A stretch of DNA of 64,000 nucleotides from Octopus sinensis (GCF_006345805.1 NC_043000.1:133982001-134046000); one strand, 5' to 3'; counted from the first letter of the stretch, positions 1-13,486 are shown. Translations and numbers: made by a program. The notes: generated by a model from the sequence alone, not told the origin.

Positions 1-155
1 AGGTCTGGTTAAAAGCCCAACCTTTCAACTTTTACAGGAATTAAAAAAAACTGAAGGACTGCTGCAATAAGAGTGTGAATCTAAGAGGGGAATATGTTGG
101 CTAAAATTTTAATTAACTGATCCTCTTGTATTTTCTTTTACCCAAAGCCAGGAAC

Positions 156-156
<1 letters not shown>
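1..156 (-). mobile_element. Mariner-type MITE, partial (window edge); same family as 22830-23208
   Basis: Reverse complement of the 22830-23208 element body (AAGCCCAACCTT..CTGAAGGACTG..TTAATTAACTGATCC..TATTTTCTTTTAC..AAAGCCAGGAACT). Confidence 0.7.
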
Positions 157-187
<31 letters not shown>

Positions 188-444
188 AATAAGGATAAGA
201 GTGTCCAGCATGGGAATAAAAACCTTCAAAGGTAGTAATTATTATTGTGTATATTCCACTCATAAGGCAAAGCATTTCTTATGCAGAGCCAGAAATCTGG
301 GATCTGGAATTATCCAGTTATTTTTTGCAGTTTATTTTGTCCTTTTGTCTTCTCTCCTGGTGCTGTATGAACATATAATGTGGTTTTAGAAACAAGTTTT
401 GGCTGCTATTTCCAGTGTGGTAGTATCTCTTAGATACCCTAAAT

Positions 445-456
445 TATAATTTTATA

Positions 457-543
<87 letters not shown>

Positions 544-710
544 ATATATATATATAATTTTATATATATCATCTTCTTCTTCTTCTTTCTTCTTCTTCTT
601 CTTCTCCTTCTCCTTCTTCTTCTTCTTCTTCTTCTTCTTCTTTCTTCTTCTTCTTCATCATCATCAACATCGTCATCATCATCATCATCATCATCTTCTT
701 CTTCTGCTCC
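445..710. repeat. Compound microsatellite (TA)n / (TCT)n / (CAT)n
   Basis: Directly visible simple repeats. Confidence 0.95.
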
Positions 711-1189
711 ACCTTCTACTTCTTAACTATATCACTAATGCTTTTTAGTATAACACCTACGCAAATTCCATAAACAAACCTTTCAATAGAAATATTCTCC
801 TGAATTGAACTGCAACAGCTAGCCTCCACTGACCATTCAAAATCAAGGCACTCCCAAATTTTTCCACCCCTTCTCCTCATCATCCTTCTTTTTCTTCTAC
901 CCTACCAAGAGTTCACAAGGACCTCAAACACACAAGTGCAAACAAGAGAGACAGAGAAAGGCAGAAACAAGGAAAATGCCACTTATATTTGAACACTATA
1001 CAAATATTCCTTTAAAAAAACTTTTCTTTTAATTTTTCTAAATTTAATTATTTAATCGTTACAGTTGAAAAGGTCTCAAAATGACCAAAACAGGTACTGA
1101 AATGTTCTTTATAAAATTATTTTAGCATTTTCTATCTTGACTTGTTTTTTCATATATATCAACTCGTGTGTTCCTTTTCACCCATATAT

Positions 1190-1207
1190 ATATATGTGTG
1201 TGTGTGT

Positions 1208-1256
<49 letters not shown>

Positions 1257-1450
1257 TTATGTATGTATGTATGTATGTATGTATGCATGCATGCATGAGA
1301 TAGGCTGCTCTCAGTTTCTGACAACCAAATCCACTCAGGTTTTGATTGGCCCAGAGCTAAAGTAGCTTGCTCAAAAGTGTCTTTTGCTTTAGTAGAACCC
1401 AAAACTATATTGCTGGGTTAAAAAGCAGGTTTTTTAGCCATGCAGCCACA
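1190..1450 (-). mobile_element. Degenerate SINE type A remnant with expanded (GT)n/(TATG)n
   Basis: CAGTTTCTGACAACCAAATCCACTCA..GGCCCAGAGCTA..TTTTTAGCCATGCAGCCAC resembles the SINE A head segment. Confidence 0.65.
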
Positions 1451-1984
1451 CCTATGCTTTGGCCATGCTTTCACCTGGATAATAATAGGAGAGTAGGCTG
1501 TAGTTTGAAACTTGATAGTTCAGAGAAGTGGGCGGCATCTTGACAGCTTAGAAGAAATAGACAAAATGGGACACCTGTGAGTTGTCAAGTCAGGGAGTGC
1601 ATATTTGTTAATCATTCAGGGCATTTTTATACTGTCTCTCATACTTGTGGGGGTGTGACAGCAGCAATATCTCATATAGGATTGATTTGGATTAATTCTC
1701 AGGTCATGATCATATGAAAATGATTGTAAAGAACCAACTTTGACCATCTCCTGGTTTTACACTACCACTTGACCCTTGGGTGGCCTTAGCAGTATTTACT
1801 CTTTTGCAAGCATTTGGACACTGTAAATTTGTTGGTGAATAAATAAATATGTTTTAGTCAACCTTGCTGCAAAATAGGACAGAGACATAAATTCCATGAA
1901 AGTAAATCTAATACTGGGGTTCTGCCATTTCCCCACCAATAAAATTTCATCTTAACCTCTTATATCTACCTGGGTGGTGGTACC

Positions 1985-2208
1985 ATGTAAAAAGCACTAG
2001 TGATGGTGACATGTTGAAAGTACCCAGTAAACTCTGTAAGGTGGTGGGCCTTAGGAAGGGCGTCAAGCTGTAGAAACCAAGCCAAAACAGATTATGAAAC
2101 TTGGTGTGACCCCTGGCCTTGCCAGTTTCTATCAAGCCATCCAACCCATTCCAGCATGGAAAATGGACATTAAATGCTGCTGCTGCTGCTGATGATGATG
2201 ATGATGAT
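1985..2208 (+). mobile_element. RTE LINE 3' end, strongly 5'-truncated
   Basis: AGGAAGGGCGTCAAGCTGTAGAAAC..CAACCCATTCCAGCATGGAAAATGGACATTAAATG followed by (GAT)n tail, as at the 3' end of the RTE at 36567. Confidence 0.85.
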
Positions 2209-2351
2209 TTTTAAAATGTATTCTCTTATATTTGCCTTCGTTCGTTTAATTTCTCCAAATAGATACCAAACAATCTAGATGCATTTTGGATTTCCTGTCT
2301 ATGTGAAGAAGGTAGCAAAAACCACTCAGGTGCAATACCTCCTTCTTTTCA

Positions 2352-2700
2352 TTCTTTTATTATTTCAGTCATTGGATTGTGACCATTCTAGAGAACTGTC
2401 TTATGACCATTCTCTAGCACTGTCTTAAAATGTTTTAGTTGAATAGATCACCCCAGGACTTATTTTATATTTTATGGTGGTGGTTGTGGTGGTGGGGACA
2501 AACACGGTCACAAAGACACACACACACACATGTATACATATGATAGGCTTCTACACAGTTTCCCTTTAGCAAATTCACTCACAAGGCATTAGTTGGCCTG
2601 GAGCTATAGAAAAAGACACTTGCCCAAGATGCTGCACAAAGGGGCCGAACTTGAAACCACTTGGTTACAAAGCAATCTTCTTAACCACACAGCCATAACC
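2352..2700 (-). mobile_element. Degenerate SINE type A
   Basis: TTTCAGTCATTGGATTGTGACCAT..ACTCACAAGGCATT..AGACACTTGCCCAAG..TTAACCACACAGCC. Confidence 0.75.
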
Positions 2701-3047
2701 TTATTGAAAAATATCATTTATTCTGAACTACTATTATCTCTCTGCAACTTCATACTGCCTGGACTTTATAAATTAAACCAGAATACAGATGATGTGTTGT
2801 AAAATTTTAGATGAAAATCACAAATATAGGTGCAGGCCTGGCTGTGTAGTTAAGAAGTTTGTTTAGTAACCATATGGCCTCAGATTCTGTCTCATTGCAC
2901 AACACCTTAAGCAATAAGGCCCTGGGTCAATCAATACATTGTGTGTGTTTGTTTGTCAAGGAAAGAAAATGACCATCCTGAAACATAACAATATCTGTTC
3001 CAACACACAATTTCACATCAAGAATCTAGCAAAACAAATTCATAAAC

Positions 3048-3050
<3 letters not shown>

Positions 3051-3078
<28 letters not shown>

Positions 3079-3540
3079 TGTATGTATGTATGTATGTATG
3101 TATGTATGTATGTATGTATGTATGTATATGTATGTACGTACGTACGTATGTATGTATATATGAATGTATGTACGTATGTATGTATGTATGTATGTATGTA
3201 TGTATGTATGTATGTATGTACGTATGTACGAATATATGTACGTACGTATGTATGTATGTATGTATATGTGTATGAATGTATGTATGTATGTATGTATGTA
3301 TGTATGTATATGTATGTATGTATGTATGTATGTACGTACGTACGTATGTATGTATATATGAATGTATGTACGTATGTATGTATGTATGTATGTATGTATG
3401 TATGTATGTATGTATGTACGTATGTACGAATATATGTACGTACGTATGTATGTATGTATGTATATGTGTATGAATGTATGTATGTATGTATGTATGTATG
3501 TATGTATGTATGTATGTATGTATGTATGTATGTATGTGCA
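3051..3540. repeat. (TATG)n microsatellite containing a 198-bp higher-order duplication
   Basis: Variant landmarks GTACGTACGTACG (3134/3332), GAATG (3162/3360) and CGAATATATG (3229/3427) recur 198 bp apart. Confidence 0.9.
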
Positions 3541-3795
3541 TGCTTATGTGTTTATGTTTGTCTCCTCAACACTTGATAACCAGTGGTAATTTCTTTACAT
3601 ACCTGTAACTTAGTGGTTCAGCCAAAAAGGCCAATAGAATAAGTAACAAACTTGAAAAAGAAAATAAGTACTAAGTGGTGTCCCAGATTAGCTGCAGTTC
3701 AATAACTGAAATTATTAAAAGATAAAACAATAATGTTGATTTTAGGAGTAGAGCCAATATTTGTTAGTGAGGAAGAGTACCAGAGGCTCACTCTC

Positions 3796-4205
3796 TTACT
3801 CTTTACTCTTTTACTTGTTTCAGTCATTTGACTGTGGCCATGCTAGAGCACCGCCTTTAGTCAAACAAATCGACCCCGGACTTATTCTTTTTGCAAGCCC
3901 AGTACTTATTCTATCGGTCTCTTTTGCCGAACCGCTAAATAACGGGGACGTAAAAACATCAGCATCGGTTGTCAAGCAATGCTAGGGAGACAAACACAGA
4001 CACACAAACACACACACGCATACATATTTATACATATATACGACGGGCTTCTTTCAGTTTCCGTCTACCAAATCCACTCACAAGGCATTGGTCAGCCTGG
4101 GGCTATAGCAGAAGACACTTGCCCAAGATGCCACGCAGAGGGACTGAACCCGGAACCATGTGGTTGGTTAGCAAGCTACTTACCACACAGCCACTCCTGC
4201 GCCTA
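3796..4205 (-). mobile_element. Full-length tRNA-derived SINE type A
   Basis: Minus-strand head GGCGCAGGAGTGGCTGTGTGGTAAG (A box)..GGTTCAGTCCC (B box), central TA/TG microsatellite, tail (GAGTAAAA)n; near-identical copies at 11573 and 14485. Confidence 0.92.
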
Positions 4206-4474
4206 TCTCACGATAGAGATATTTTTTTTAAAAAGCCCAAAATGGATAAAGAGGAAATAATGATTCAACAACATATGATTGACAGAAGAAGTTAAAACAT
4301 TTAGGAAGAATAGATCTAAAATTGCAGACTATTGCTGGAGATTTATTGCTTCCAGCTTTCGTTTATTCTCAGAGATAATTGATTCTGACCATTCTTCGAA
4401 ATAATCATTGTAAAATAGAGTTCCAAGTGATTTTACATTATACATCAACTCATCTTTTATAACATTGAGGTCTC

Positions 4475-5179
4475 TACAAAGATGGGTTGAAAAGTTCATA
4501 GGCTGACTATGAAGGAGTGGTGCTAGAGCTGTGAAATCATGCATTATTTTCAGCTCTTCTTATTAATAACTGCATTGTTTCTTTCCGGGTAAATTGACAT
4601 CTGATTGTTCAAAAAAGGCTTCAAAAGTAACTAGTAGTGACTTCTCTTGAAAATGGACAAAATTTGGCACCATGGTGTTATCAAGTACTTGCATAAAAAG
4701 GGTTTAGACCCCCAAGGATATTCATGCTGACAGGGTTGCTACATTGCTCTAGTATTATCAACCGTTCAAATAAAGTAGGCAACTGAGTTTAGGAGGGGAA
4801 TGAAAAGTCTTGAAGATTATCCAAGATCTGGATGACCTGCAACTGCCACCACAAAGGAAAATGTTGTGTTCACCACATGGTAATGGATCACAGGAAATTG
4901 ACTATAAATCAAATAGTCAATGCTATCAGCATATCCTGTGAGAGAGTTGAGAATATTCTGCACAATGAACTTGGCATGACAAAGGTTTCTGCTAGTTGGG
5001 TACCATATCTTCTGACACCTGATCAAAAGTGCTGAGGCAATTATGAAAGGTTATCAAGCCCAAATGATGGAAGAAGTGTGTAGACCACAAGGGAGACTAT
5101 GTTGAAAAATAAACCTCATTTGGTTACATTCCATGAGAGCATCTTGGTCAGCCTATGAACTTTTCAGTCAACCCTCATA
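4475..5179 (+). mobile_element. Internally deleted mariner transposon fossil
   Basis: TIRs GGGTTGAAAAGTTCATAGGCTGAC / GTCAGCCTATGAACTTTTCAGTCAACCC flanked by TA; transposase N-terminal remnant (VIKYLHKKG..RKLTINQIVNAISISCERVENILHNELGMTKVSASWVPYLL, WVPxxL motif). Confidence 0.9.
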
Positions 5180-5528
5180 TAAAACTCTCAGAAAAATGCT
5201 CTGTAAATAAGCCTGCAGTCAATATATTCTTTCAATGGATAGGTAGAATCATTTGAGCATTGAAAATATACTTTGTGATGTTTGTTTTTGCTCTTTGCAT
5301 TCTGAGTTCAAACCTGGCTGAAGTCAACTTTTGCCTTTCATTCTTTCAGAGTTAATAAAATAAAGTAGCTTTTAAGTACTGAGACAAATGCAAATGACTA
5401 ACTCCTTCACTCAAAATTGCTCGATTTGTGCCTGAATTAGAAGTCATTTATAGAATTCTACATACACAGTGTTGTTCTTAAAGTTAACTAAATGCTGAAA
5501 TGTGCAAGTTAAATAAATATTTTAAGAT

Positions 5529-5673
5529 TTAACCCTTTCAGCCCTGACCTCCTGAACCTTATTTGACCATATACCTGGCACTCCACCAGTATTCCACTGG
5601 TAGAGTAGTACTACAGTATTCAGAAAAACAAGCCATCTACTGGTAACCCAATGTTACGGGCTCAAAGGGTTAA
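5529..5673. mobile_element. piggyBac-type MITE
   Basis: TTAACCCTTTCAGCCC ... GGGCTCAAAGGGTTAA inverted termini with TTAA at both ends. Confidence 0.85.
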
Positions 5674-5759
5674 GAATTACTGTTGGTTATTTGTCAATAA
5701 AGGGATGTGTAACACTTATAGAACATTATTACCTCTTAAAAACTGAAAGACAAGATTAG

Positions 5760-7025
5760 TATTAGGTTGTCGAAAAAGTTCTTGTGGTTTTTAACCTTTA
5801 AATTCAGATGCACATATTTCGGCTCAAACAAAACTTTATTAATCAAAATAAACACCATCAGAATCAACACACTTTTGCCAATAGCATAAAAATACTGCAT
5901 TCTGGTAGTGATGAAGTCGTTGAAGGTGTGTTTGGCATTGTCTTGGTTTTTGAAGCATTTCTCATGCAGGAAGTTGTCGAGATGCTTGAAAAAGGTGCTA
6001 GTTGGTAGGCAAGAGGTCTGGTGAGTATGGCGGATGAAGCAGACTTTTTGTAGCCCAATTCATTCAACTTCTGCAGGGTCAGTTGTGTGACATGTGGCCG
6101 AGTGTTGTCATGGAGAAGAATTGGTCCTTTTCTATTGATCAATGCTGGCTGTTGTTGTCGGAGTTTCTTATGCATTTCATCCATTTGCTGACAGTACTTC
6201 TCTACCATAATGGTTTTGCCTGGATCCAAAAAGCTGTGATGGATGAGACCAGCCGCAGACAACCAAACAGTCACCATGACCTTCTTTTGGTGCAACTTTG
6301 GCTTCAGGAAGTGCCGTGGAGCTTTGTCAGCCTCCAACCACAGAGCTGAGCATCGCCGGTTGTCGTAAAGAATCTACTTTTCATCGCAGGTCACAATCCA
6401 GTTGAGAAACAGGTCATTCTTGTTGCGTAAAAGAAGGGAAGATGACACTTCAAAACAGCGTTTTTTTTTGGTTGTTGTTCAATTCATGTGGCACCCATTT
6501 CTCAAGTATTTTTGTTTTTTCAATCTCTTTCAAGTGGTTGGAAATTGTCGTATACGTTACATCTACTTCAGAAGCAAACTCTCAAACAGTTGTGCATGGA
6601 TTGGCTTCAACTAAGGCTTCTAGTTGATTGTTGTCAACAACCGATGGGCAACCACTATGCTTATCATCTTCAAGACTCTCGTCACCGCTATGAAATTTCT
6701 TGAAACACCATTGTGCTGTACATTCATTAGTGGTTCCTGGGCCAAATGCATTATTGATATTGTGATCTGTTTCAGCAGCTTTTCGGCTAGCTTGAGAACT
6801 GGAATAAGAAAATTGTGCGAATTTGCTTTTTGTCCATGTTTTCAACATTCTTGAAAAAATGGCCTAATTATTCAAAAAGAAAAAGAGTAACACGATTAGA
6901 TAGAGCAAAAACCGGGCTTTAAAATGATATATAAAGTCAAAGTAATTTAATGAAAATTAATTTGAAAATACATAATTTAAAACCAAAATTTAAAATTCCA
7001 CAAGAACCTTCATGGCAATCTAATA
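5760..7025 (-). mobile_element. Near full-length (1266 bp) mariner element with frameshifted transposase
   Basis: TIRs TATTAGGTTGTCGAAAAAGTTCTTGTGG / CCACAAGAACCTTCATGGCAATCTAATA; ORF pieces 6582-6848 (AAETDHNINNAFG..KKFHSGDESLED) and 5864-6337 (KKVMVTVW..ILLHDNTRPH). Confidence 0.95.
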
Positions 7026-7539
7026 GTGTGAAATGACAACAGATCGTGGTTAAATATATATATCAATGTATTGGATTACATAATTAATGCCTAAAGTCGC
7101 AATGAATCAAAACAGCTGTTACAGGTCTACACATTGATTCAAACATCCGATCTTTTGGTTTTCAATTAAAAATCTGTTTTAGACAATAACCAAAAATTTG
7201 GAAGACTGAGTAATGACATCAGCAAAAATCCAGACAGAGAAATTACGAGTAAACATGTCCTGGATTTTTGAGTGACAATCTCATCACAGATCTGACCAGA
7301 CAGATTTGTTATGGAGCATATAAAAAAAGATCAGGTTTGAAGAGAAAGGACAAGTTTAACAGGTAGACTATCTGAATGTCAGGAGCTTAATGATATAAGC
7401 AGTGATGCATAACAACCTGCAAATTCTTGCATTTGGCACTCTCACAGTTATGACTATCAAAATGCTGCATTGTAAAAATGAAGTGTCTACATTAAAATAA
7501 TTGCCATTTTCACAGAAATATTCTTACTTCTTTTTTAAT

Positions 7540-8022
7540 ACACAATCAAATTCGATGACTGGCATTCGTGCTAGTGGAGCGCTAAGAGTACCATCTGAGG
7601 GTGATCGTTGCCAGAGCAACAAACTGGCTTCTGTGCCAGTGGCATGTAAAATGCACCATTCGAGAGTGATCGTTACCTGCGTTGCCTTACTGGCACTTGT
7701 GCTGGTGGTACATGAAAAAACATTCAAGCGAGGTCGTTGCCAGTGCCGCTGGACTGGCTCCTGTGCAGGTGGCACATAAAAAGCACCATTTGAGTGTGGC
7801 CGTTGCCAGTACCACCTGACTAGCCCTTGTGCCAGTGGCATGTAAAAGCACCCACTACACTCTCGGAGTGGTTGGCGTCAGGAAGGGCATCCAGCTGTAG
7901 AAACTCTGCCAGATCAGATTAGAGCCTGGTGAAGCCATCTGGTTTGCCAGTCCTCAGTCAAATCATCCAACCCATGATAGCATGGAAAGCAGACGTTAAA
8001 CGATGATGATGATGATGATGAC
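7540..8022 (+). mobile_element. RTE LINE 3' UTR fragment with (GAT)n tail
   Basis: Repeated GTGGCAYRTAAAAGCACC units, then GGAGTGGTTGGCGTCAGGAAGGGCATCCAGCTGTAGAAAC and a GAT tail. Confidence 0.9.
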
Positions 8023-10102
8023 CCTCTACAATGAACAGAACTTTCTGAGATGACTTGAGTTTCTTTTCTTGGAACCATCACATTCTATATAAACTTTCTA
8101 CAATAAAACAGATGATGAGTTAAAAAATAAATGCATACTCTTTTCATTCAACCACCACCACTATTTCTTATTGCACAGTTAAAATCACAAATTAACAGGC
8201 CCTTCGTGTGATTTTTTTTTTATATGTATCAAACAAGATAGGTAACTGGAGGTGAGCAGGAAGAATAATACAGTTATTGTCCATTGCAACGACTTTTACT
8301 ATCTCTTCTGGACCAGGTGTGTCTGTATGGTTAAGAAATTTGCATCACAACAGTGTGGCTCCATGTTAAATCCCACTGCAGAAATTTGAAAGATTTCATG
8401 TCATGTGACTGTACCACATGTAACGCTATCATGTGACAGTACCACACTAACCTCTCAATCATCTCCCTGATCACCTAAATTCACCATCCTACTTTGTTCC
8501 AAGTGAAACCTCAACTGATATCTTTGTTACTAAGTTTTGACGTTTTAATTGGAAATAAGAAATTTTGTGTAAGTTATTTGTAATATTCTCAATTTTAGTA
8601 CCCCTAACAATTGTCTAGTTTGCCTAGTGCATAGCACCAGCCTTACTTTTTGGATAAGATAATTACCGAAACTTATTTATTCGCAACAAATAGGATTCTA
8701 ACCAAAGAAATGATGATAGCGAATTAACAAATAATAGCCTATGTGATCTACAACATTCATCTCATATCCATGAAATAACAGCTAAATCTCTCTCAAATTA
8801 TATATACTTTATGGTCCTAAAAAGGGAGTGATAGATTAAATAATGCAATCTTAGGTATACAATACCTAAGAAAACACGATAATCATGGTTGGAATGCTTT
8901 TTTTATTATAAGTCTGCTCACTTGGGGCTGACTTTGGGCTAAATAATTATGACAGTCATAAAATATATGCATCTCTAAATCACAACTTGCGTATTGTATT
9001 GGCACACCTTGAAGCAATAAAAGTGCCTGTTAAACTATATATATTACAATTCAACATTCTTTGAAAGGTATGTTATTTATCTAGGATAAAATTTCCTCCC
9101 ACATTTAGGGTGGATATCAACAGATCGTTATTTTTTATCTACTTTTCTTTAACCTTCTTTGACACCAACCTACTCTAGTTCTTTGATATAAAAATATCTT
9201 TTTTAAGAATGTTTCTATTTAAATTACACCTATCTATCATAATTTTATGCAAAAGCTTTTTGTTACTTCGTGTTCCAGACACTGGTATAATATTACAAAT
9301 AATGAAAAAGTCAAGTATTTTATAAAAACACTCAAAATTCTTGATTATTTTCAGATTAACTGAAATTTAAAACTATGTCAATGAATCGCTTACTCAACCA
9401 ACCAACCACTCAATCAATCAATTAGACAAGCAAATCAAAATCCATAGCTAAGGGAGGTTGTAAGTGTGTAGTAAAAGACACATCTTCCTACCTCAGTTTT
9501 TCTCTTTCATCAAACAACCTCATGCTTTCCACCATCTTCCTCTGTCTTCTCCATGTTATTGTTTAACTATCCACTTTGTAATCTTTCTATACCACTATTA
9601 CTGGGGATTGTCCATGCATAGGAAAGGGACAAGGTATTATGTTGGGGTAGGGTGTTATGTACTCATGTTAGATGATCAAAACACTCTATTATCAACATTT
9701 TGGCAACTGAGAGAAGAATTTCATTGTTTGCAGTCTTCTCAACAATTTCTGCGTAGGGAATACAAATAGTGCATTTTGGTAGCAGTATATGCATGGAATG
9801 GTTAAAATATGTACAAACAATTCTGATATTTCTTCTATTGATATTTCCTAACATTTATGTCAAACAGACATTCATATGAATTTAATGTATAAAGAGAGGT
9901 CATTGTATACATCTTTGTAACCTATCTCAGCATGAAGAAAAACAGCATTAAACAGGCAATGAGGATGATTATGTAAATATTGATTAAAGTAGTTCAGTAT
10001 CTTTTGGTGAGTTCCTTAATAATTGTATTATTTCTGACATAACAAGACAGAAGATAGTGAATTACTGTAATAAACATTTGCATAGTCATTCTTATTATTT
10101 GA

Positions 10103-10420
10103 AGGCACATGGCTCAGTGGTTAAAGCGTTGAGCTTATGATTGTGAGGTTGTGAGTTTGATTCTCAGACAGGGCTGTATGTTGTGTTCATGAGCAAGACA
10201 CTTTAATCATGTTGCTCCAGTTCACTCAGCTGTAGAAATGAGTGGTGGTGTCACTGGTACCAAGTTGTATCAGTCTTTGCGTTTCACTTGGATAACACTG
10301 GTGGCATGGAGAAGGGTGGCTGGTATGCATGGGTAACTGCTGGTCATCCACAAACAACCTTGCCCAGGCTTGTGCCTAGCATGGGAACTTTCTAGGTGCA
10401 ATCCCATGGTCATTTGTGAC
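10103..10420 (+). mobile_element. tRNA-derived SINE (type D-like head)
   Basis: TGGCTCAGTGG A box, GAGTTTGATTC B box, then GAGCAAGACACTTTA..TTGCTCCAGTTCACTCAGCTG central domain. Confidence 0.8.
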
Positions 10421-10424
10421 CAAA

Positions 10425-10722
10425 GCAGGACAAGGTCGTTGCCAATGCCACAGGACTGATTCCTGTGAAGGTGGCACGTAAAAAGCACCATTTGAGCGTG
10501 GCCGTTGCCAGTACCTCCTGACTGGCCCTCGTGCCAGTGGCACGTAAAAGCACCCACTACACTCTCAGAGTGGTTGGCATTAGGAAGGGCATCCAGCTGC
10601 AGAAACTCTGCCAGATCAAGATTGGAGCCTGGTGCAGCCATCTGGTTCGCCAGACCTCAGTCAAATCGTCCAACCAATGCTAGCATGGAAAGTGGACGTT
10701 AAATGAGGATGATGATGATGTT
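10425..10722 (+). mobile_element. RTE LINE 3' UTR fragment
   Basis: Same 3' end motif set and (GAT)n tail. Confidence 0.9.
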
Positions 10723-11572
10723 TCTTATCACCAGTTTAATACTTTCTTTCTGGATGCTGGCATGGAATGCAAAGATGTACACAACAACCTATCTATATAC
10801 CCCTGGCTCCCACATTGAATTCTTCTGCATGGCATACCTTTCTTATATTTAATCAACATTTTTTGATCATGGATCTTAGTTTATTTTAGAATACCCTTAA
10901 CTCATGAAACTGCAATCTTGTAACACCTAATGGAAGACATCAACCTTTTAAATAACAACTAGTTCCTCATTTATAGCAAACCAATAAGGTAGGAGCTTTT
11001 ATATGGTGTCTCCACCTGCTAAAAGTTGCAACCAAATTCCCTTTAAATCACACTCAATTGTCTTTAAAAAGAAAAGAAAGAACACTTTGGATAGTGTAGT
11101 CCTAGGTACACTATACCTTAGATCAGTTAGTCACAGTTGAGCTCAATCAAAGTTAACACAGGCTTAAACAACAATTGCATGTTCATGTCTGTGCATTCAT
11201 TTTTGATGTAAATACAGAAATACTTTTGTTTTCAAAGACATTCAACTTGACACAAGTTTTATGAAATGTCAACGCAAGGGGTATCAGATTTCTTGATATG
11301 TATTTTAACCAAAACAAAAGCAAATGAGAAAACTGCAGGGAAATATTTTAGGATTGGCTGCTTTAAATGCAAATGGAACGATTGCAATAAATATATAATG
11401 TGCATTTTGTAAGAAGGTCAATCAATAAAACACAACAGTTTAAAATAACTTTTACTACTTCATAAAGGGTTTAGCTTTATGGTATGTCATCCCACAAAGT
11501 TAAACTCTTTATGGATGGGAAACCCAGGGTAATTCCATAAACTCGCCTTCCCCACTTTTAATACATACATAT

Positions 11573-11983
11573 ACTCTTTACTCTTTTACTCTTTTACTTG
11601 TTTCAGCCATTTGACTGCGGCCATGCTGGAGCACCGCCTTTAGTCGAGGAAATCGTCCCCCAGGATTTATTCTTTGGAAGCCTAGTACTTATTCTATCGG
11701 TCTCTTTTGCCAAACCGCTAAGTTACGGGGACGTAAACACACCAGCATCGGTTGTCAAGCGATGTTGGGGGAACAAACACAGACACACAAACACACACAT
11801 ATATATATACATATATATGATGGGCTTCTTTCAGTTTCCGTCTACCAAATCCACTCACAAGGCTTTGGTCGGCCCGAGGCTATAGTAGAAGACACTTGCC
11901 CAAAGTGCCACGCAGTGGGACTGAACCCGGAACCATGTGGTTGGTAAGCAAGCTACTTACCACACAGCCACTCCTGCACCTAT
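11573..11983 (-). mobile_element. Full-length SINE type A
   Basis: High similarity to 3796-4205 and 14485-14897. Confidence 0.92.
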
Positions 11984-12724
11984 ATATATATATATATCAT
12001 TTTAACACCTGCTTTCCATGGTGACATGGACTGGACAGACTGTTACATCCAAGTTAGAGCTTACTGAGAGTTACTGCTTTTCTAGAGGGTTCAGAGGACC
12101 ATGTCTCACTTGAAAGTTCTGTTTTGCTATTGTTTCTATAGCTGGATGCCCTTCCAAACATCAACCACTAAACAGTATCCTGGGTGCATTTTCTCAAAGC
12201 ACCAGCACTGGTGGAGTTCACAGGCTCTTGGCTAGACTAAAAGGTTTTCTCAACCCAACATTGTCGCCACTCATTCACAAACCACTTTACAGAGTATGCA
12301 GGGTGGACTGGTACCAGCTGTAATAAAGTTGCATTGTGCTCACAAGACTACAGGATCACAACCACTCTTTGGGTGTCTCCATTTATTCTCAGTAATGTGA
12401 CAAAGAGGGTGGATAGGATCTGAAGTAATGACAAAGGAAAAAATCAGGATGAAGAGGGAAGAATAGAGCTAGAATGCAAGTATGATGAAAGAAACAGGGT
12501 AGGTGTGGTGAGCTGATGGTGGAGGAAGGATTAATGGAGGAGAGACAGTGTGGCCAAAATGGGAGACAGTAGAAACAAGGAGTAATGGAAGAGACTCAGT
12601 GATGGCAGCTACATGTTTGCTAAAGAGAGAGGATTGAGTTATAGATTGTGGTGCATCTGAGCACTGTATACAATAATTTCATTATCATTGTAACAGGGAT
12701 GGGCCAAATAAGGGGGCTATCAAT

Positions 12725-12935
12725 TTTGAAATACAGGTACAACAGAAACAGGAAGTAAGAGTGAGAGAAAGTTGTGGTGAAAGAGTACAGCAGGGATCAC
12801 CACCATCCCCTGCCGGAGCCTCGTGGAGCTTTAGGTGTTTTCGCTCAAAAACACTCATAACGCCCGGTCTGGGAATTGAAACCGCAATCCTATGACAGCA
12901 AGTCCGCTGTCCTAACCACTGGGCCATTGCGCCTC
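12725..12935 (-). mobile_element. tRNA-derived SINE type C
   Basis: Minus-strand head GAGGCGCAATGGCCCAGTGGTTAGG..GGTTTCAATTCCCAGACCGGGCG; body GCTCCACGAGGCTCCGGCAGGG..CCCTGCTGTACTCTTTCACCAC. Confidence 0.88.
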
Positions 12936-13486
12936 TTCGCTCTAATATGCTGTCTCTTTGACTAGGGATGGCAATCACTTTCTCATATTTACTGTGCCGT
13001 ACCAACAACTGCTGTCTATGAAGTGAATGATGGTAGTGGAAGTAACTATATTCAGTACTCCTTACCACAATCCTTATCCCCCTTCCCTCTCTCATATGTA
13101 TGTATAAGGAATTGCTTTTTATTTTATAGAGGGCAACTTTGGAAGTCCCTCCTAGCATGAGGCGTTTATGTATAATAATGCCCTCTATAAAATAAAAATG
13201 AATACATTTAAAAGAAAAAAAATGATGGGTTTTTTTTCCTCTTATGAGGTTTTTCATGCTAACTACTTGATAAATTCTTATAAAGATTTTATCCTATTTT
13301 TAAATTATAAGGAATTGCATTAGGTTTGCTTGTATCTTATTTCCTCTTTTGTCATCCCTTCTGTGCTATTAGACATCACTAATGCCCTCTTAATGTGCAT
13401 TTCAACATGCTATCACAAATAAGCAGATCCTCTCCAACATCACATCACCAATTTTCACAATTCATTGTCATCTTTTTTGCAGGGCT

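Noticed and set aside
3026-3576. Long ORFs such as MYVCMYVC.. / HTYIHTYI.. (also 1168-1402, 22146-22448, 32816-33091, 49338-49773)
   Set aside because: They are translations of stop-free microsatellites, open in several frames and on both strands, with no coding signal
4329-4470. Minus-strand 46-codon frame (DLNVIKDELMYN..EAINLQQ) with an acceptor supplied by the mariner TIR
   Set aside because: No recognisable homology; frame length is within chance for AT-rich DNA; exonisation is unsupported without RNA data
9931-10007. Exon-like segment (CTCAG acceptor, TTG|GTGAGT donor)
   Set aside because: All three frames contain stops; it could only be non-coding and there is no further support
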